Shown piece after piece: positions 22,998 through 34,670 of a DNA stretch of 64,000 nucleotides; position 1 is the stretch's first letter, and each line of letters begins with the position of its first letter. Made by a program: the position numbers and the translations under genes. This DNA comes from Podarcis erhardii (Eukaryota): assembly GCA_964252035.1 (NCBI GenBank), contig OZ176203.1; one strand, written 5' to 3'. The notes below the pieces were generated by a model. It saw only the letters and a program-made list of their open reading frames with translations. It ran no database searches and had not been told where the DNA came from.

Positions 22998-25900
22998 CAG
23001 GCCCAGGCCCAGTGAGGCTGCAGACCGGGGGGGGGGGGGCGCAGAGCATGGGAAGATGCAATAAGCACAAGGCAATCATTTTGTGGGGCTCTCCTGTATG
23101 TGAGTGTCTGAGGGCCCTGCTCCTTCCTGCCACTCACCATCTGGCCTGGGGCGGGGCCTGAAGCCTCATAAAGGACTGCTGGACTCTGCTGCCCGGGAGG
23201 ACTCTCCTGTGTGAGTGTATGGGGTCCTGCTCCTTCCTGCCACTCACCATCTGGCCTGGGGCAGGGCCTGACGGGCCTCACTAGAACAGTTGCTGTTACT
23301 GCCGGAGGGGTGCAGAGTGCTTTTAAAATGTTTTAAAATTTTTATTTTGAATTTTTTGTATGTGGGGGGGGGGGTGCGGTGGATGTTTATTGGGCCTGGG
23401 AATTTGTTTGATTTTATGTTTTTGTAATTTTTGTAATTTTTATTGTTTTTTGTTTATATTGTCTTATTTGTGTTTTTTTTGTTTGTTTGTTTGTTTCTTA
23501 AAGGGGTTATTTTGTTCTTAAGGGGAGGGGTCAGGGCTGCCGGGGAATGGGCCCCAGCCCACAAAATGGCTGGGATATGCTTCACAGGGGGGAATGCACT
23601 GGGACAACCAATCTCAGTGATCACGGGTAGGAGGAGGAGTTACGCTAAGACCAGACCATGTCATTACAGAGGAGGCAGGTTTAGTCGTTGTCTGAGGACT
23701 ATCCCTGCCTCTGGGTCTGGTCCTGACCGGATGAATACTAGAATCAGCAAGGGATACCCACATGACCTGAAAGTGTTGCTGTGCAATGCCAGGTCAATGA
23801 TTCATAAGACCACTGCCATCCATGACTTGATCATGGATGGAGGACTTGACCTGGCATGTGTAACAGAGACTTGGTTGGATGAAGCAGATGGGCCTGTCCT
23901 TGCCGCTGCTTGTCCACCAGGTTTCTCTTACGCACAGCAACCCAGGTCATGTGGGCGGGGAGGGGGGGTTGCAGTGATTTTTAGGAAGTCATTAGTTTGC
24001 ACCAGGCGTCCTATTGGGAAGACCCAGTTTTCTGAGTGCATGTTCTGGAAGTTGGGCAATAGGGGCAGTACAGGATTCCTTTTGGTGTACCGACCTCCCC
24101 GCTGCACCAAGGATTCCCTGCCCGAGCTGCTTCAGGTCGTGGCGGATGTTCTCCTGGAGACACCTAGCTTGGTCGTCCTAGGGGATTTTAACATCCATGC
24201 CGACACGACCTTACAAGGGGCCGCTCGGGACTTCGTGGAAAGCATGGCCTCCATGGGGCTGTCCCTGAATAAGTCTGGCCCAACCCATAGCTGCGGACAT
24301 GCCTTGGACCTGGTGTTTACCTCTACGGATGTTGGTGATCTGACACTAAGTAAAAGCGAAACGAAAGAAGTGCCATGGTCAGATCACTTCCTGGTGCAAC
24401 TGGACTTCTCCGCGACCCATCCCCTCTGCAGGGAGGTGGGACCGATTCGGATGGTCCGCCCCCGCCACTTAATGGATCCAAATGGTTTCCAGAGAGTGGT
24501 TGGGGATGCTTTATCCCATGTTGATGGCCTTTCAGCCGATTCCCTGGTGGCCCGCTGGAATGTGGAGTTAACCAGGGCTATTGACTGTTTGGCTCCAAAG
24601 CGCCCTCTCCGATTGCATGAAGCCCGGAGAGCCCCGTGGTTTTCCACGGATCTGAGGGCAATGAAACAATCGTTGAGACGGCTAGAGCGCCGGTGGCGGA
24701 TAACTCATTCTGAATCTGACCGGAAACGGGTTAGAGCTCAACGTCGAGCCTACCAAGTGGCGATAGCGACAGCGAAGAAGACTTTCTTCACCGCCTCTAT
24801 TGCATCTGCAGAAAACAGCAGCAGGAGACTCTTTCAGGTGGTTCGCAATTTAGCGGAACCACCTGTAACATCGGGGCCCAGTACGGGCCACATGTTCTCC
24901 TGCAATGATTTTGCAAATTTTTTTGCAGATAAAATCGCTCAGATTCGGGAAGAAGTAGACTCCACCGTGGGAGCAGGGCCGGGGCAGGAGAGTGCTAGAG
25001 TCCTGTCTGGTCAAGTTGTGTGGGATCAATTTCAATCTGTTACCTCCGAGGATGTGGACAGGCTGCTTGGACGAGTGAAGCCAACCACCTGTCTCCTGGA
25101 TCCTTGCCCATCCTGGCTTATAAAAGCTAGCCGGGAAGGACTGGGCGATGGGCTTCGTGGGGTGGTGAATGCTTCCCTCCGTGAGGGAGCCTTCCCAGAC
25201 CCGCTGAAAGAGGCGGTTATTAAACCGCTTCTTAAAAAACCATCTTTAGATGCGGCCACGATGGCCAATTATCACCCAGTCTCAAACCTCCCATTCTTGG
25301 GCAAGGTGATTGAGCGAGTGGTTGCTGAACAACTCCAGGCACGCCTGGAAGAAGCGGACCATTTGGATCCCTTCCAGTCGGGATTCAGGCCTCATCATGG
25401 GACTGAAACTGCCTTGGTCGCACTGGTTGATGATCTCCGGCGGGCTAGGGACAAAGGTGAGAGCTGTTTCCTAGTTCTGCTGGATCTCTCAGCGGCGTTT
25501 GATACCATCGACCATGACATCCTTCTGGACCGTCTTGAGGGGCTGGGAGCTGGGGGCACTGTCATACAGTGGTTCCGCTCCTTCCTCCTGGGCCGTGTTC
25601 AGAAAGTGGCGGTGGGGGATGAGTGTTCAGACCCCTGGCCGCTCACTTGTGGGGTGCCTCAGGGTTCTGTCCTCTCCCCCATGCTTTTCAACATCCACAT
25701 GCAGCCGCTGGGAGGGATCATCAGGAGGTTTGGGCTGGGTGTTCATCAGTATGCAGATGATACCCAGCTCTACCTCTCTTTTAAATCAGAACCAGTGAAG
25801 GCGGTAAAGGTCCTGTGTGAGTGTCTGGAAGCGGTTGGAGGATGGATGGCGGCTAACAGATTGAGGTTGAATCCTGACAAGACAGAAGTACTGTTTTTGG

Positions 25901-26704
25901 GGGACAGGAGGCGGGCAGGTGTGGAGGATTCCCTGGTCCTGAATGGGGTAACTGTGCCCCTGAAGGACCAGGTGCGCAGCCTGGGAGTCATTTTGGACTC
26001 ACAGCTGTCCATGGAGGCACAGGTCAAATCTGTATCCAGGGCAGCTGTTTACCAGCTCCATCTGGTACGTAGGCTGAGACCCTATCTGCCTGCGGACTGT
26101 CTCGCCAGAGTGGTACATGCTCTGGTTATCTCCCGCTTGGACTACTGCAATGCGCTCTACGTGGGGCTACCTTTGAAGGTGACCCGGAAACTACAACTAA
26201 TACGGAATGCGGCAGCTAGACTGGTGACTGGGAGCGGCCGCCGAGACCATATAACACCGGTCTTGAAAGACCTACATTGGCTCCCAGTACGTTTCCGAGC
26301 ACAATTCAAAGTGTTGGTGCTGACCTTTAAAGCCCTAAATGGCCTCGGTCCAGTATATCTGAAGGAGCGTCTCCTCCCCCATCGTTCTGCCCGGACACTG
26401 AGGTCCAGCTCCGAGGGCCTTCTGGCGGTTCCCTCACTGCGAGAGGCCAAGTTGCAGGGAACCAGGCAGAGGGCCTTCTCGGTGGTGGCGCCCGCCCTGT
26501 GGAATGCCCTCCCATCGGATGTCAAGGCGATGGACAACTACCTGACATTCAGAAGACATCTGAAGGCAGCCCTGTTCAGGGAAGTTTTTAATATGTGACA
26601 TTTTAGTGTATTTTTTATCTCTGTTGGAAGCCGCCCAGAGTGGCTGGGGAAACCCAGCCAGATGGGCGGGGTACAAATAATAAATTATTATTATTATTAT
26701 TATT
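22998..26704 (+). mobile_element. Near full-length L2-clade LINE, single intact ORF, (ATT)n tail; 5' boundary approximate
   Basis: ~570-bp 5' region, uninterrupted EN+RT ORF, short 3' UTR ending ...GATGGGCGGGGTACAAATAATAA(ATT)n. Confidence 0.9.
23566..26598 (+). CDS. L2 LINE ORF: AP-like endonuclease + reverse transcriptase (1010 aa from first ATG; frame open from 23443)
   Basis: EN motifs LCNARS, CVTETW, RGGGVAV, VYRPP, VLGDFNIH, LDLVF, SDH. RT motifs FQSGFRPHHGTETAL, LLDLSAAFDTIDH, GVPQGSVLSP, YADDTQLY, LNPDKTE. C-terminal SRLDYCN and LHWLPV typical of L2. Confidence 0.95.
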   Translation: MAGICFTGGNALGQPISVITGRRRSYAKTRPCHYRGGRFSRCLRTIPASGSGPDRMNTRISKGYPHDLKVLLCNARSMIHKTTAIHDLIMDGGLDLACVTETWLDEADGPVLAAACPPGFSYAQQPRSCGRGGGVAVIFRKSLVCTRRPIGKTQFSECMFWKLGNRGSTGFLLVYRPPRCTKDSLPELLQVVADVLLETPSLVVLGDFNIHADTTLQGAARDFVESMASMGLSLNKSGPTHSCGHALDLVFTSTDVGDLTLSKSETKEVPWSDHFLVQLDFSATHPLCREVGPIRMVRPRHLMDPNGFQRVVGDALSHVDGLSADSLVARWNVELTRAIDCLAPKRPLRLHEARRAPWFSTDLRAMKQSLRRLERRWRITHSESDRKRVRAQRRAYQVAIATAKKTFFTASIASAENSSRRLFQVVRNLAEPPVTSGPSTGHMFSCNDFANFFADKIAQIREEVDSTVGAGPGQESARVLSGQVVWDQFQSVTSEDVDRLLGRVKPTTCLLDPCPSWLIKASREGLGDGLRGVVNASLREGAFPDPLKEAVIKPLLKKPSLDAATMANYHPVSNLPFLGKVIERVVAEQLQARLEEADHLDPFQSGFRPHHGTETALVALVDDLRRARDKGESCFLVLLDLSAAFDTIDHDILLDRLEGLGAGGTVIQWFRSFLLGRVQKVAVGDECSDPWPLTCGVPQGSVLSPMLFNIHMQPLGGIIRRFGLGVHQYADDTQLYLSFKSEPVKAVKVLCECLEAVGGWMAANRLRLNPDKTEVLFLGDRRRAGVEDSLVLNGVTVPLKDQVRSLGVILDSQLSMEAQVKSVSRAAVYQLHLVRRLRPYLPADCLARVVHALVISRLDYCNALYVGLPLKVTRKLQLIRNAAARLVTGSGRRDHITPVLKDLHWLPVRFRAQFKVLVLTFKALNGLGPVYLKERLLPHRSARTLRSSSEGLLAVPSLREAKLQGTRQRAFSVVAPALWNALPSDVKAMDNYLTFRRHLKAALFREVFNM

Positions 26705-27149
26705 AATCAGACTACAACTTCATTGTAGGTTTTGGTATAGGCATTTGGTGTGTATTCTGAATTATCCAACCTGTCTGCTGGTTGATTATTTGACTGGGTT
26801 GATCCAGTTAGGGAATGCCCTGTGACATACATCAAATCAGGGTGACGCCTCCAAGTTCGTTATGGCTCATCAGCTCCTGCCTGGGTGTCTGAACAGAAAC
26901 ACAATTGCCTGGACCCTTTCAATGGGGCATCTTAATTCCTTGGAGTGGGGAGACGCTCATAACCCCCCATCTGCCTTGATTAAGGAGCCAACCCAATGCC
27001 TTATCCGCCATCAAGTTGTGACAATTGCTATGAGGTAGGCAAAGCCCTCAGACAGACACAATCTGTCTGAAGGCAAGTTCCTCCCTGGCCCCAAATATGA
27101 CAACCCAATATTTCCACAGCAAGGTCTTATGTATGATCTACCTGCTTAC

Positions 27150-27241
27150 CTTCAAGCAAAGCCTACTGAGAGTAAGTACTGGGCATGGCTGGCATTTATA
27201 GCTGAGGACTGGTCACAGCCACAGGTGATCCTCAGCAGACA
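27150..27241 (-). other. Candidate non-coding exon (92 nt; stops in all three frames)
   Basis: Strong acceptor ctttctccccccttggttgcag and consensus donor AAG|gtaagc. Confidence 0.25.
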
Positions 27242-27944
27242 CTGCAACCAAGGGGGGAGAAAGTCATGTCCTCTCCCAGCCGGTGCTGCAGTGGCCATGA
27301 CAGAGCACAATAACTACTCGCCAATAGTTGACGGCAGTCTTTACTCATTACAAATGCATTGGCTAGCTGAATATTTTACTGGACTAATTACTGAGGGGGG
27401 GAACAATCTGATCTGTAGCTTTTTGAAAGCAGTTGTTTGTAGTGCTTAATGCACAGGATTTGAGTGGAGATGGATTTAAAAGGGAAGACAAATTGGATAG
27501 TACCATTTCACTTCCCTAATTGGGTGAGCATAACTCCATTAGAGTCAGGTTTTCTGATGCAAATGTGCATTTTTAACAAATTCAAGAAAATATTTTATTT
27601 GAGGATAGTACTCTCAATTATGTCCTTCTGTTAACAGACTCGGTATTCCCCCCCCCCCCCCGGCCCTCTTCTTATGTGACTGAAGTCATTTTCTGGAATA
27701 TTCATGGGAAGATAACACACAAAAAGCATTTCAGAAAAGCTGAAAAACTAATTAGAAGCAACAGTGAGATTCGATGCTTTGTCCTGTGTAAAAAGTAGTA
27801 GATGGTTCATTCTCTCACTCTCTTAAAAAATATGCTGTTCTGCTTCATACTGGCAGTGGAGAGAAATAAATATTGCTGCCCAAGGAAGACTAATATTTAG
27901 GCCTTGGATGGGTATATTAAACAATCCAGGTTGAGTTTACTACT

Positions 27945-28125
27945 TTGTATTGTGGGAGGCCTTGCCTCAGGAGATCCAGTGGCCCTCTTTCCTTTCTCAC
28001 CTTCTGCCACCCCGATAATATATTTTTATTCCAGCAAGCATTTGACTTGCCAGACTACAAGCTGTTGCTAGCTGATTTTTCCTGTTGTATTGGCCTCCTT
28101 GCTTTACTGTTTTTAATGTTTAAAT
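27945..28125 (+). mobile_element. Old L2-like 3' end remnant
   Basis: tgtgggaggccttgcctcaggagatcc...ttccagcaagcatttga followed by a T-rich UTR, resembling the LWNALP..I...F..AF region of the L2 ORF. Confidence 0.4.
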
Positions 28126-28176
28126 GAATATGAGAAAGGACCCAATCCCAAACCCCTTTTTGCTAGTTAGCTGGGG

Positions 28177-28458
28177 GCAGGTGCGAAGGAAAGCGTCGTG
28201 ACACTCGGGGTGGGCGTCGCTATGTAGGGCGCATGTGTGGCATTGCATGCGCCATATGTAGTGACGCCACACATGCACTGTATAGCGGTTTGCTGCCGGA
28301 GCCACTGCAGCCACGAACGGATGATCCTCCACATGTGGCTGAGGTTTCGCGATGGCTGCTCGCACCGCAGCAAGCCCCCACGGTGTGACTTCTTGTCACC
28401 TCCGCAGACATGGAACCCGGGGCATACTGCCACTGTGCCCCCCATTGCAACACCACTG
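28177..28458 (-). mobile_element. CpG-rich non-autonomous DNA-transposon-like fragment (unclassified)
   Basis: Minus strand begins CAGTGGTGTTGCAATGGGGGG, a hAT-MITE-like terminus. Many retained CpGs; other end not found. Confidence 0.4.
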
Positions 28459-28790
28459 GCTGGGGGGAGGTATTTGGATTGCAGACCAACAGAAAGCCTC
28501 AAAACAAGGTGTCCTGGGGCAGGGAGTGGAAAGGGCTGAGTCAGCATTGGGCCTAAGCCACACTCAAACCTCTATCAGCTGTAGACTAGCACAGATAGTT
28601 GTCTGCCCTCGCCTATTTTCTACCTTGGCTGGAGTGTGTGTGTGGTAGGGCTGCGAAAACAGCAGTGATCCCACCACTTTGCAAAACCCCACAGAGCAAC
28701 AGCTGGGGTTTGAGTTGCTCCTTTGTACTTAATTATAAACTGGAAGTCACCCTGACAGTTGTTGCTGTTGGCATCGATCTGTCTCTAAAT

Positions 28791-29203
28791 GGGGAAAGGC
28801 CAAAGCTCCATCATGCATCCCAACTGGATTGCAAAAGATCCTAATTTCAATCCTTGGCATATTTACACAGGGCTTTGAGAGCCCCTCTGGTTTGAAATCC
28901 TTGACAGCAACCGCCAATCAATGTCGACAATACAGTGGTACCTCGGGTTACATATGCTTCAGGTTACATATGCTTCAGGTTACAGGCTCCGCTAACCCAG
29001 AAATAGTGCTTCAGGTTAAGAACTTTGCTTCAGGATGAGAACAGAAATCTTGCTCCGGCGGTGCGGCAGCAGCAGGAGGCCCCATTAGCTAAAATGGTGC
29101 TTCAGGTTAAGAACAGTTTCAGATTAAGAACAGACCTCCGGAACAAATTAAGTACTTAACCACTGTACTGAGTTCAATGGGCCCATTATAGGGCAGCTTT
29201 CTA
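28791..29203 (+). mobile_element. Squam3-like SINE interrupted by a Tigger-like MITE
   Basis: SINE head and body end ...gtcgacaaTA and resume TActgag...ggcagctttct after the MITE. Confidence 0.65.
28933..29165. mobile_element. Tigger/pogo-like MITE, TA TSD, small deletion in right TIR
   Basis: TA|CAGTGGTACCTCGGGTTAC...TTAAC-CACTG|TA with internal GCTTCAGGTT repeats. Confidence 0.9.
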
Positions 29204-32200
29204 AACAGAAGTACAGAAATAGCATAGCACTTACTTACATTTTCAGTTTGCACTCTGTTCATGTTTGCTGCAACACAGCCGACCCACTTTCTATAGCCTT
29301 GTGGTACCACATTCATTAAGTGTGGACTGAGATGTGAGAGGAGTACATAATGAAATCATTAAATAGCCACTGTACCACTTCTGGAACTCCATATCTAGAG
29401 CTGAATTGAAAATATTCTCACACATTCTGTGTGGGGCAGGGGGTGGTAACCCAGGCTACTTGCTCCAGAGTCCCTCCAGACATAGACCATATTAAACTAC
29501 CCTTTTATTGTGTGTAAATGATTTTATTACTGTATAATGGTTTCAGGAAAATTCACATCATTTTCAGTTTTAAATTGGCTCCATCAACCTCCATGGACTT
29601 GAGACATATATTTGTTCAGTTTTGATATATGCCTCCTATCAGGTTGAGGTCCTTATTTCTGTTTCTTCTTATGAATGTTGTTCATTCCTAAAATGAGCTC
29701 AACATGTTTGGTGGGGATATGCCATTGATTAATGAAATAGCTTTCTCCTATATGAACTCTTAGTTTTATTCCTCAGGAGCTAAAGATTTTTTGCTTTTGC
29801 AGCTGCATCATGCAGAGCTGAGGTTTTCACTCAGTAACCACAATAAAGTACTGGCCATCTTTACCGATGCTTGCAGATAATTTAAAACCTGGAAAGATTC
29901 ATTTGTGGTTACTTGCCTCTACTTCACCTGTACTTTTTTGGTCCCTCTAAAATTTCCTGGGAGTTTCCCTTAATCCTGGCACATTGTTTTGCCTTAGTTG
30001 ATTTTTGCCATTGTTGTTTTTGTTCATGATTCTTCTCTCACCCCAGTTCTTGGCCATTCACAACACTGAGGAGCAACAATGGGAATTGTCTGCAATATAA
30101 ATGGACTAGTTGCCCTTAAATAATGCTCTTGCTGGACTCCAACTCCCATCGGCCTGTCAGTTCCAAAGGCACAGATTCCCCAAACAGGAGGAGCTCTAAA
30201 GCCCATCTCCTCAAGCTCTCTTCAGGAGTTACACTTAAGCATTATGTTGCCACATAAGGAATGGCAGTGGGAACAAATGTGCTACTTCCACCCCATTGAC
30301 ATTCAGGTCACTCTCCAAGTTATGGCTGTGTGAATCAAGGAATCTTATACACCCCTGTAGGCTCCCTGCATGTTTTAGAGCACCAATTTTCCAGGGTTCC
30401 AATATGTATAGAAATCCTCCACAACTACAGAAGGCTCCTTGCTTCAAACCTTCACCCTCCACAAGTTGCATGGTACTGGAACAGGGGGTGTATTGAACTT
30501 CTGTCCTCGTTTTCTCTGCCCCCCTCAAGTGGCAAGCATATGCTTATTTGTAACACATAGGGGAGGTTTGTATCTACAGCCCCTCATTCTGCATTCATTT
30601 TCTTCCTCTTTTCAACTTTCAGTTTTGTCTGAGGGCTTGCTTCCTCCCTTTGTCCCCTTTAGATATCTGAGCCCAGTTAAACAACTTCGCCCCTCAATTG
30701 TTAGTCAACCCAAGTGGGAACCTTAGGTGAGAATGGGGTTTATCCCTAAGGTATCTAATAACCACACCAATGGTAGCTAGCATGGTGCCTTCCAGACATT
30801 GGCCATGTTGATTGGGGGGAATTGCAGTTCATCAAAATCTGGATGACACCATGTTGGACAGCCCTGAACAATGCCATAGTTTTCACCTTCAGTGGGAACA
30901 ACAAAATTGCAGATAGCCGGTGAAAGGAAAGGAAAGAGATCATAATGGAGTGGGTAGGTAGGAATTCCTCCTCCTGATAAATCTTCTGCACTCAAGCATT
31001 TACATCATGACATGTTACAAAAACTGATGCATCTCTGCACCAGAATTCAGTTTTAACTGCATCAGTATAATTATGTCAGACCAACTGATGTGATTTCATT
31101 TGAAACCTTCCTCCATTGTTCTTGTGGAGGGGATAAAAATAAATAAATCTATTTTTACCAATTTTCCATTATGATTTAGAATCAGAAACCACTTACAAGA
31201 GCCTTCAGCCATTTTTATTTCTAGTTTACCCTTCCGATATTAATAGTTTTGTCCTGTCCAGGAATACTGACATCTACAGTTTTTATTTTTGGTTTCTATT
31301 AACACCTTAGCTTGACATTCAATTACTCTCCAGGGATTTATCTCAGTTTCAGCAGTATATTCTGTTACATGAGTGAATCAGGGTTGCAAACCTCACCTGG
31401 AAGGAAGTCCCATTGAACTCAGTAGGGCTTATATCTGAGTAGACATGATTGGTAATGTACTGTCAATCAATTTTAAATCAGTGTCACTTTTGAACACATA
31501 AAAATTTGCATGGAATTTGCATTTCAATGCCTATGTAAATATGCATTTCTAAACAAATTTTCACTCAAAATATGTTATTTCTAAATGTAGCTTTAACATT
31601 TTGGAAGTGCCAATAACAGTGGATAAGTAACTTCCAATATACACATTAGTCACGGCAGAGCAGATTTTGTCAGCTCATATCAAAATCCACAACAATCAAA
31701 TTCCCCAAGTTTTTCTATTTCTGTCTTTTCCAAATGCACAGAGATATATTATAAATTATCCTGGCACACAATTTCAGTGTGGCACAGAATATGTACCCCT
31801 TCAGCTTCATGTAGCAAACCGTTTATACAAAACTGTCCCCATGTGAATAAAGTGAAAAGCTCTGTGTCAACTCTTTAAAGCATCTGTTGTCTATGATGTG
31901 ATATTCTCAAATATTTTACATAATCAGACAACTGTCTGAACATGGCTCCCTGTGTATAACAAGGTTAGAAGGGTAGAATCCCTATGTAATAACTGCACCA
32001 GTTGAAAATGCATTTAAGAATCTTCCTGCTACAGAACTTTTGGTGACATGATGCCCTCCAGAAGTTGTTGGACAACAGTTCCCATCATCTCTTATCATTT
32101 GCCTTGTTGACTGTCAATGCATGAACATGAACACTAAGGCATCATGCAGTGCACAACTTACAGTACAGTTTCTTGGCTATTATTTTGAATGGTGACTAAT

Positions 32201-33264
32201 TTATTATAGGACAACAGTTTTTCAACTATGTGTTCCAAATGTGGGGAACTATTAGCTCGCCTCATGTTGCTAAACTAAAAGTCCTATCACCCCTGGCCAA
32301 TGGCCATGCCATTGGGCCAAAGGTAGCCCATACCTGCTTCGATCCAAAGAACAAATCCTTCTTCCTGTTTAAATTGTTGGAAAAGTACAGGGAATTTAGA
32401 CCAGAAGAAAACAGCATACGGCTGGGGCATAACTGGGGTGTTCCTATTTTTACTTATGAAATAAGTGTGCTTTTATAGATCAGTCCTTTTATCCTCCCCA
32501 GCTTGTCTCAAAGATTTGGCTTCAGTATTTGAAATTGCTACTTTGAACCACAGAGCATGGTCAAAGTCTATGTGTTCCTATCTGCCATTTCTATAAATAA
32601 TTCTGCCTATCCGCCATTTCTGCAAACCTGGTTTCAGCAAGAAACTTGATAGTCTTCAGCTCCGTCTGTTAGGCAGCACTGGAAGAAAACACCAGTGTTT
32701 TTTGTTTGACTCAGCACAGGGGACAAAGGAAACTCTGACCTTAACTTACAAGGAGAAGACGAAGAGGATGAAGGAAAGGGGAACCAGGTAGATAGAGAGA
32801 GGCTGTATAAAAAGGAAACATGAGAAAAGTATGGAGGTCTAATTAAGCATAGATTAGGAAGATAAATGGGGACAGACTTGAATTGTTCTGCATGACTTAT
32901 GAGCTCCAAATTATGGGTTACAACTGTAGCCCCCATGGGTGTCACAAGTGCCCACAGAAGCTATCCATGGGGTCCTGTTTCCTTCACTGCTCTCCCTGCT
33001 GTAGTTAGGCTCTTGTAGCAAACAGAGTGGCACATGGAACTAGCCTGCATGAGATACTTTGCTGTAAATCTGCATATACCCTTGACCATATATGCAAAAA
33101 GAGAGTTCAGGATAAGAGACTAGCTAGCTGTACTGTGACTCTGCCATGCCCTTTTCTGCTTGCGTAAGGTCTTGCGAATGTGGAAACAGACCCATGGATC
33201 TTCTCTGCAAATATATTCTGTTCCACTCTATACACATCAGTACCCTTTGTGACAGGGCCATAAC

Positions 33265-33560
33265 TAGGGATGGGAGAGAAGTTTGATTCTGCTTTGCATT
33301 TTCAGGCAAATAGATCTAGTTCACCCTTTCTGAAACAATATGTGAACTAAATTGAGCCAGCCTTTGAAATTTGCAGTTCACAAAAAATTTCGCTGCATAT
33401 GTATGAAAAAGCATGTACATATTAGGGTACATGGTATACAACAATGCATTGCTATGGAAAATGTAAATATTGGGGGAACTACATTTTGACTATTGTGTAT
33501 ATTGGACAAAACTGCATGCAAAAATGTGTACATGAAAATGCTGATGAATGTTGCATATGT
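33265..33560 (+). mobile_element. Old AT-rich non-autonomous DNA transposon (TAGGGATGG terminus)
   Basis: Starts TAGGGATGGG and shares internal AT-rich motifs (caaaaatg..., gaaaatgctgatga) with 54572-54940 and 35409-35783. Confidence 0.55.
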
Positions 33561-34670
33561 TTCCAACCAGTGACTCTGCTCTCTTTTTCGGTACACAGTA
33601 AAGTCCTCTGGGGTTGTTATCCACACACATGGAACAGATGTTCTGCCTACCTACACAGCATTTTTACTGTGTGTAGACCATGGGGGTTTCTGCTGTAATC
33701 ATTATGAACATATGACTTATTTGAAAATTCGCTGTCTATTCAACAAATGGAGGCAAAGAGAAAGAAAAGAGAGACTATCAAAGGGAGAGGGTGGAGAACA
33801 GACAGGAGGGGGAAAACTAGGAAAGTGAGAGAAGGTATAACTCACATGAAGAGAGACAGCGGGAGATAAAGTTCTAAGAGGGTGGCAATAAAGGGAGCTC
33901 ATGAAGATCAAGAAAGGAGGGGCACAAAAAGAGTGAAAGGAAATACAGAAAAGGACAGAGGACTTCATGACAGCTTAGAACAGCTTGAGAAAGGTCATGG
34001 AAGCCCTCCGGGTGGTGTGTTACACAAGGGGGCAAAGTGGCCTGTCATGGTAGATAAACAAGGGGTAGTGGGGCTGAATATATTTTGCCACTTGCTTGTC
34101 ATCTGACAGAGGGATGGAAGCTGTTTCCGCATCCCCAGTGGGTGGATGGATCTGCAGGGAAGCTAACCTGCAGATTCTCAGTAGCTGCCAAGCCTTAAAA
34201 GAAAGTTGTGTCAAGTTTGTTCTTCTCAGTGCTAGAAGATTTGGAAAGGAACCATATGCTGCAGAGATATGGAAGATGAAAACTGATGTGGGCATGGTCT
34301 TCTTTGCTGTGGTATAATCCTGAGCTGAATCCTGGTGCTGATGCTAATAGTGTAAATGTCAATTGCCCTAACAAAAGCCCAAACACATATTTGTGTAATG
34401 TATGTTACACAACAATGGGAAACAGTCTGCTTCATATAAAAGTATGCTATAAAACCACATTAGAAATGTAACACAATTTTATTTAAAAGGGAAAATGGTA
34501 AGGGAGGAGGCAGTCCAAGAGCATGAGAAATATAAAAATATGCTAGGTGCATTTTAAATGTGAGGAGGGAGAAAAAGATATAGATGAAGCATATTTTTCC
34601 ATGGCACCCCAGTCTCTGTGTGGGGCAAGAGTGCAGGGGTTCTAGGTTTGTTTGTTTCTCCCTTTTGGAA

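Noticed and set aside
23443-23565. Hydrophobic MFFVYIVLFVFF... N-terminus of the long ORF, resembling a signal peptide
   Set aside because: Starts at TTG and is simply the translation of the T-rich L2 leader; the first ATG is at 23566.
23928-26676. Multiple 60-126 aa ORFs antisense to or overlapping the L2 ORF
   Set aside because: Shadow ORFs expected opposite a GC-rich coding sequence.
27129-27449. 106-aa plus-strand ORF
   Set aside because: No motif, no codon-like pattern and no supporting exon structure.
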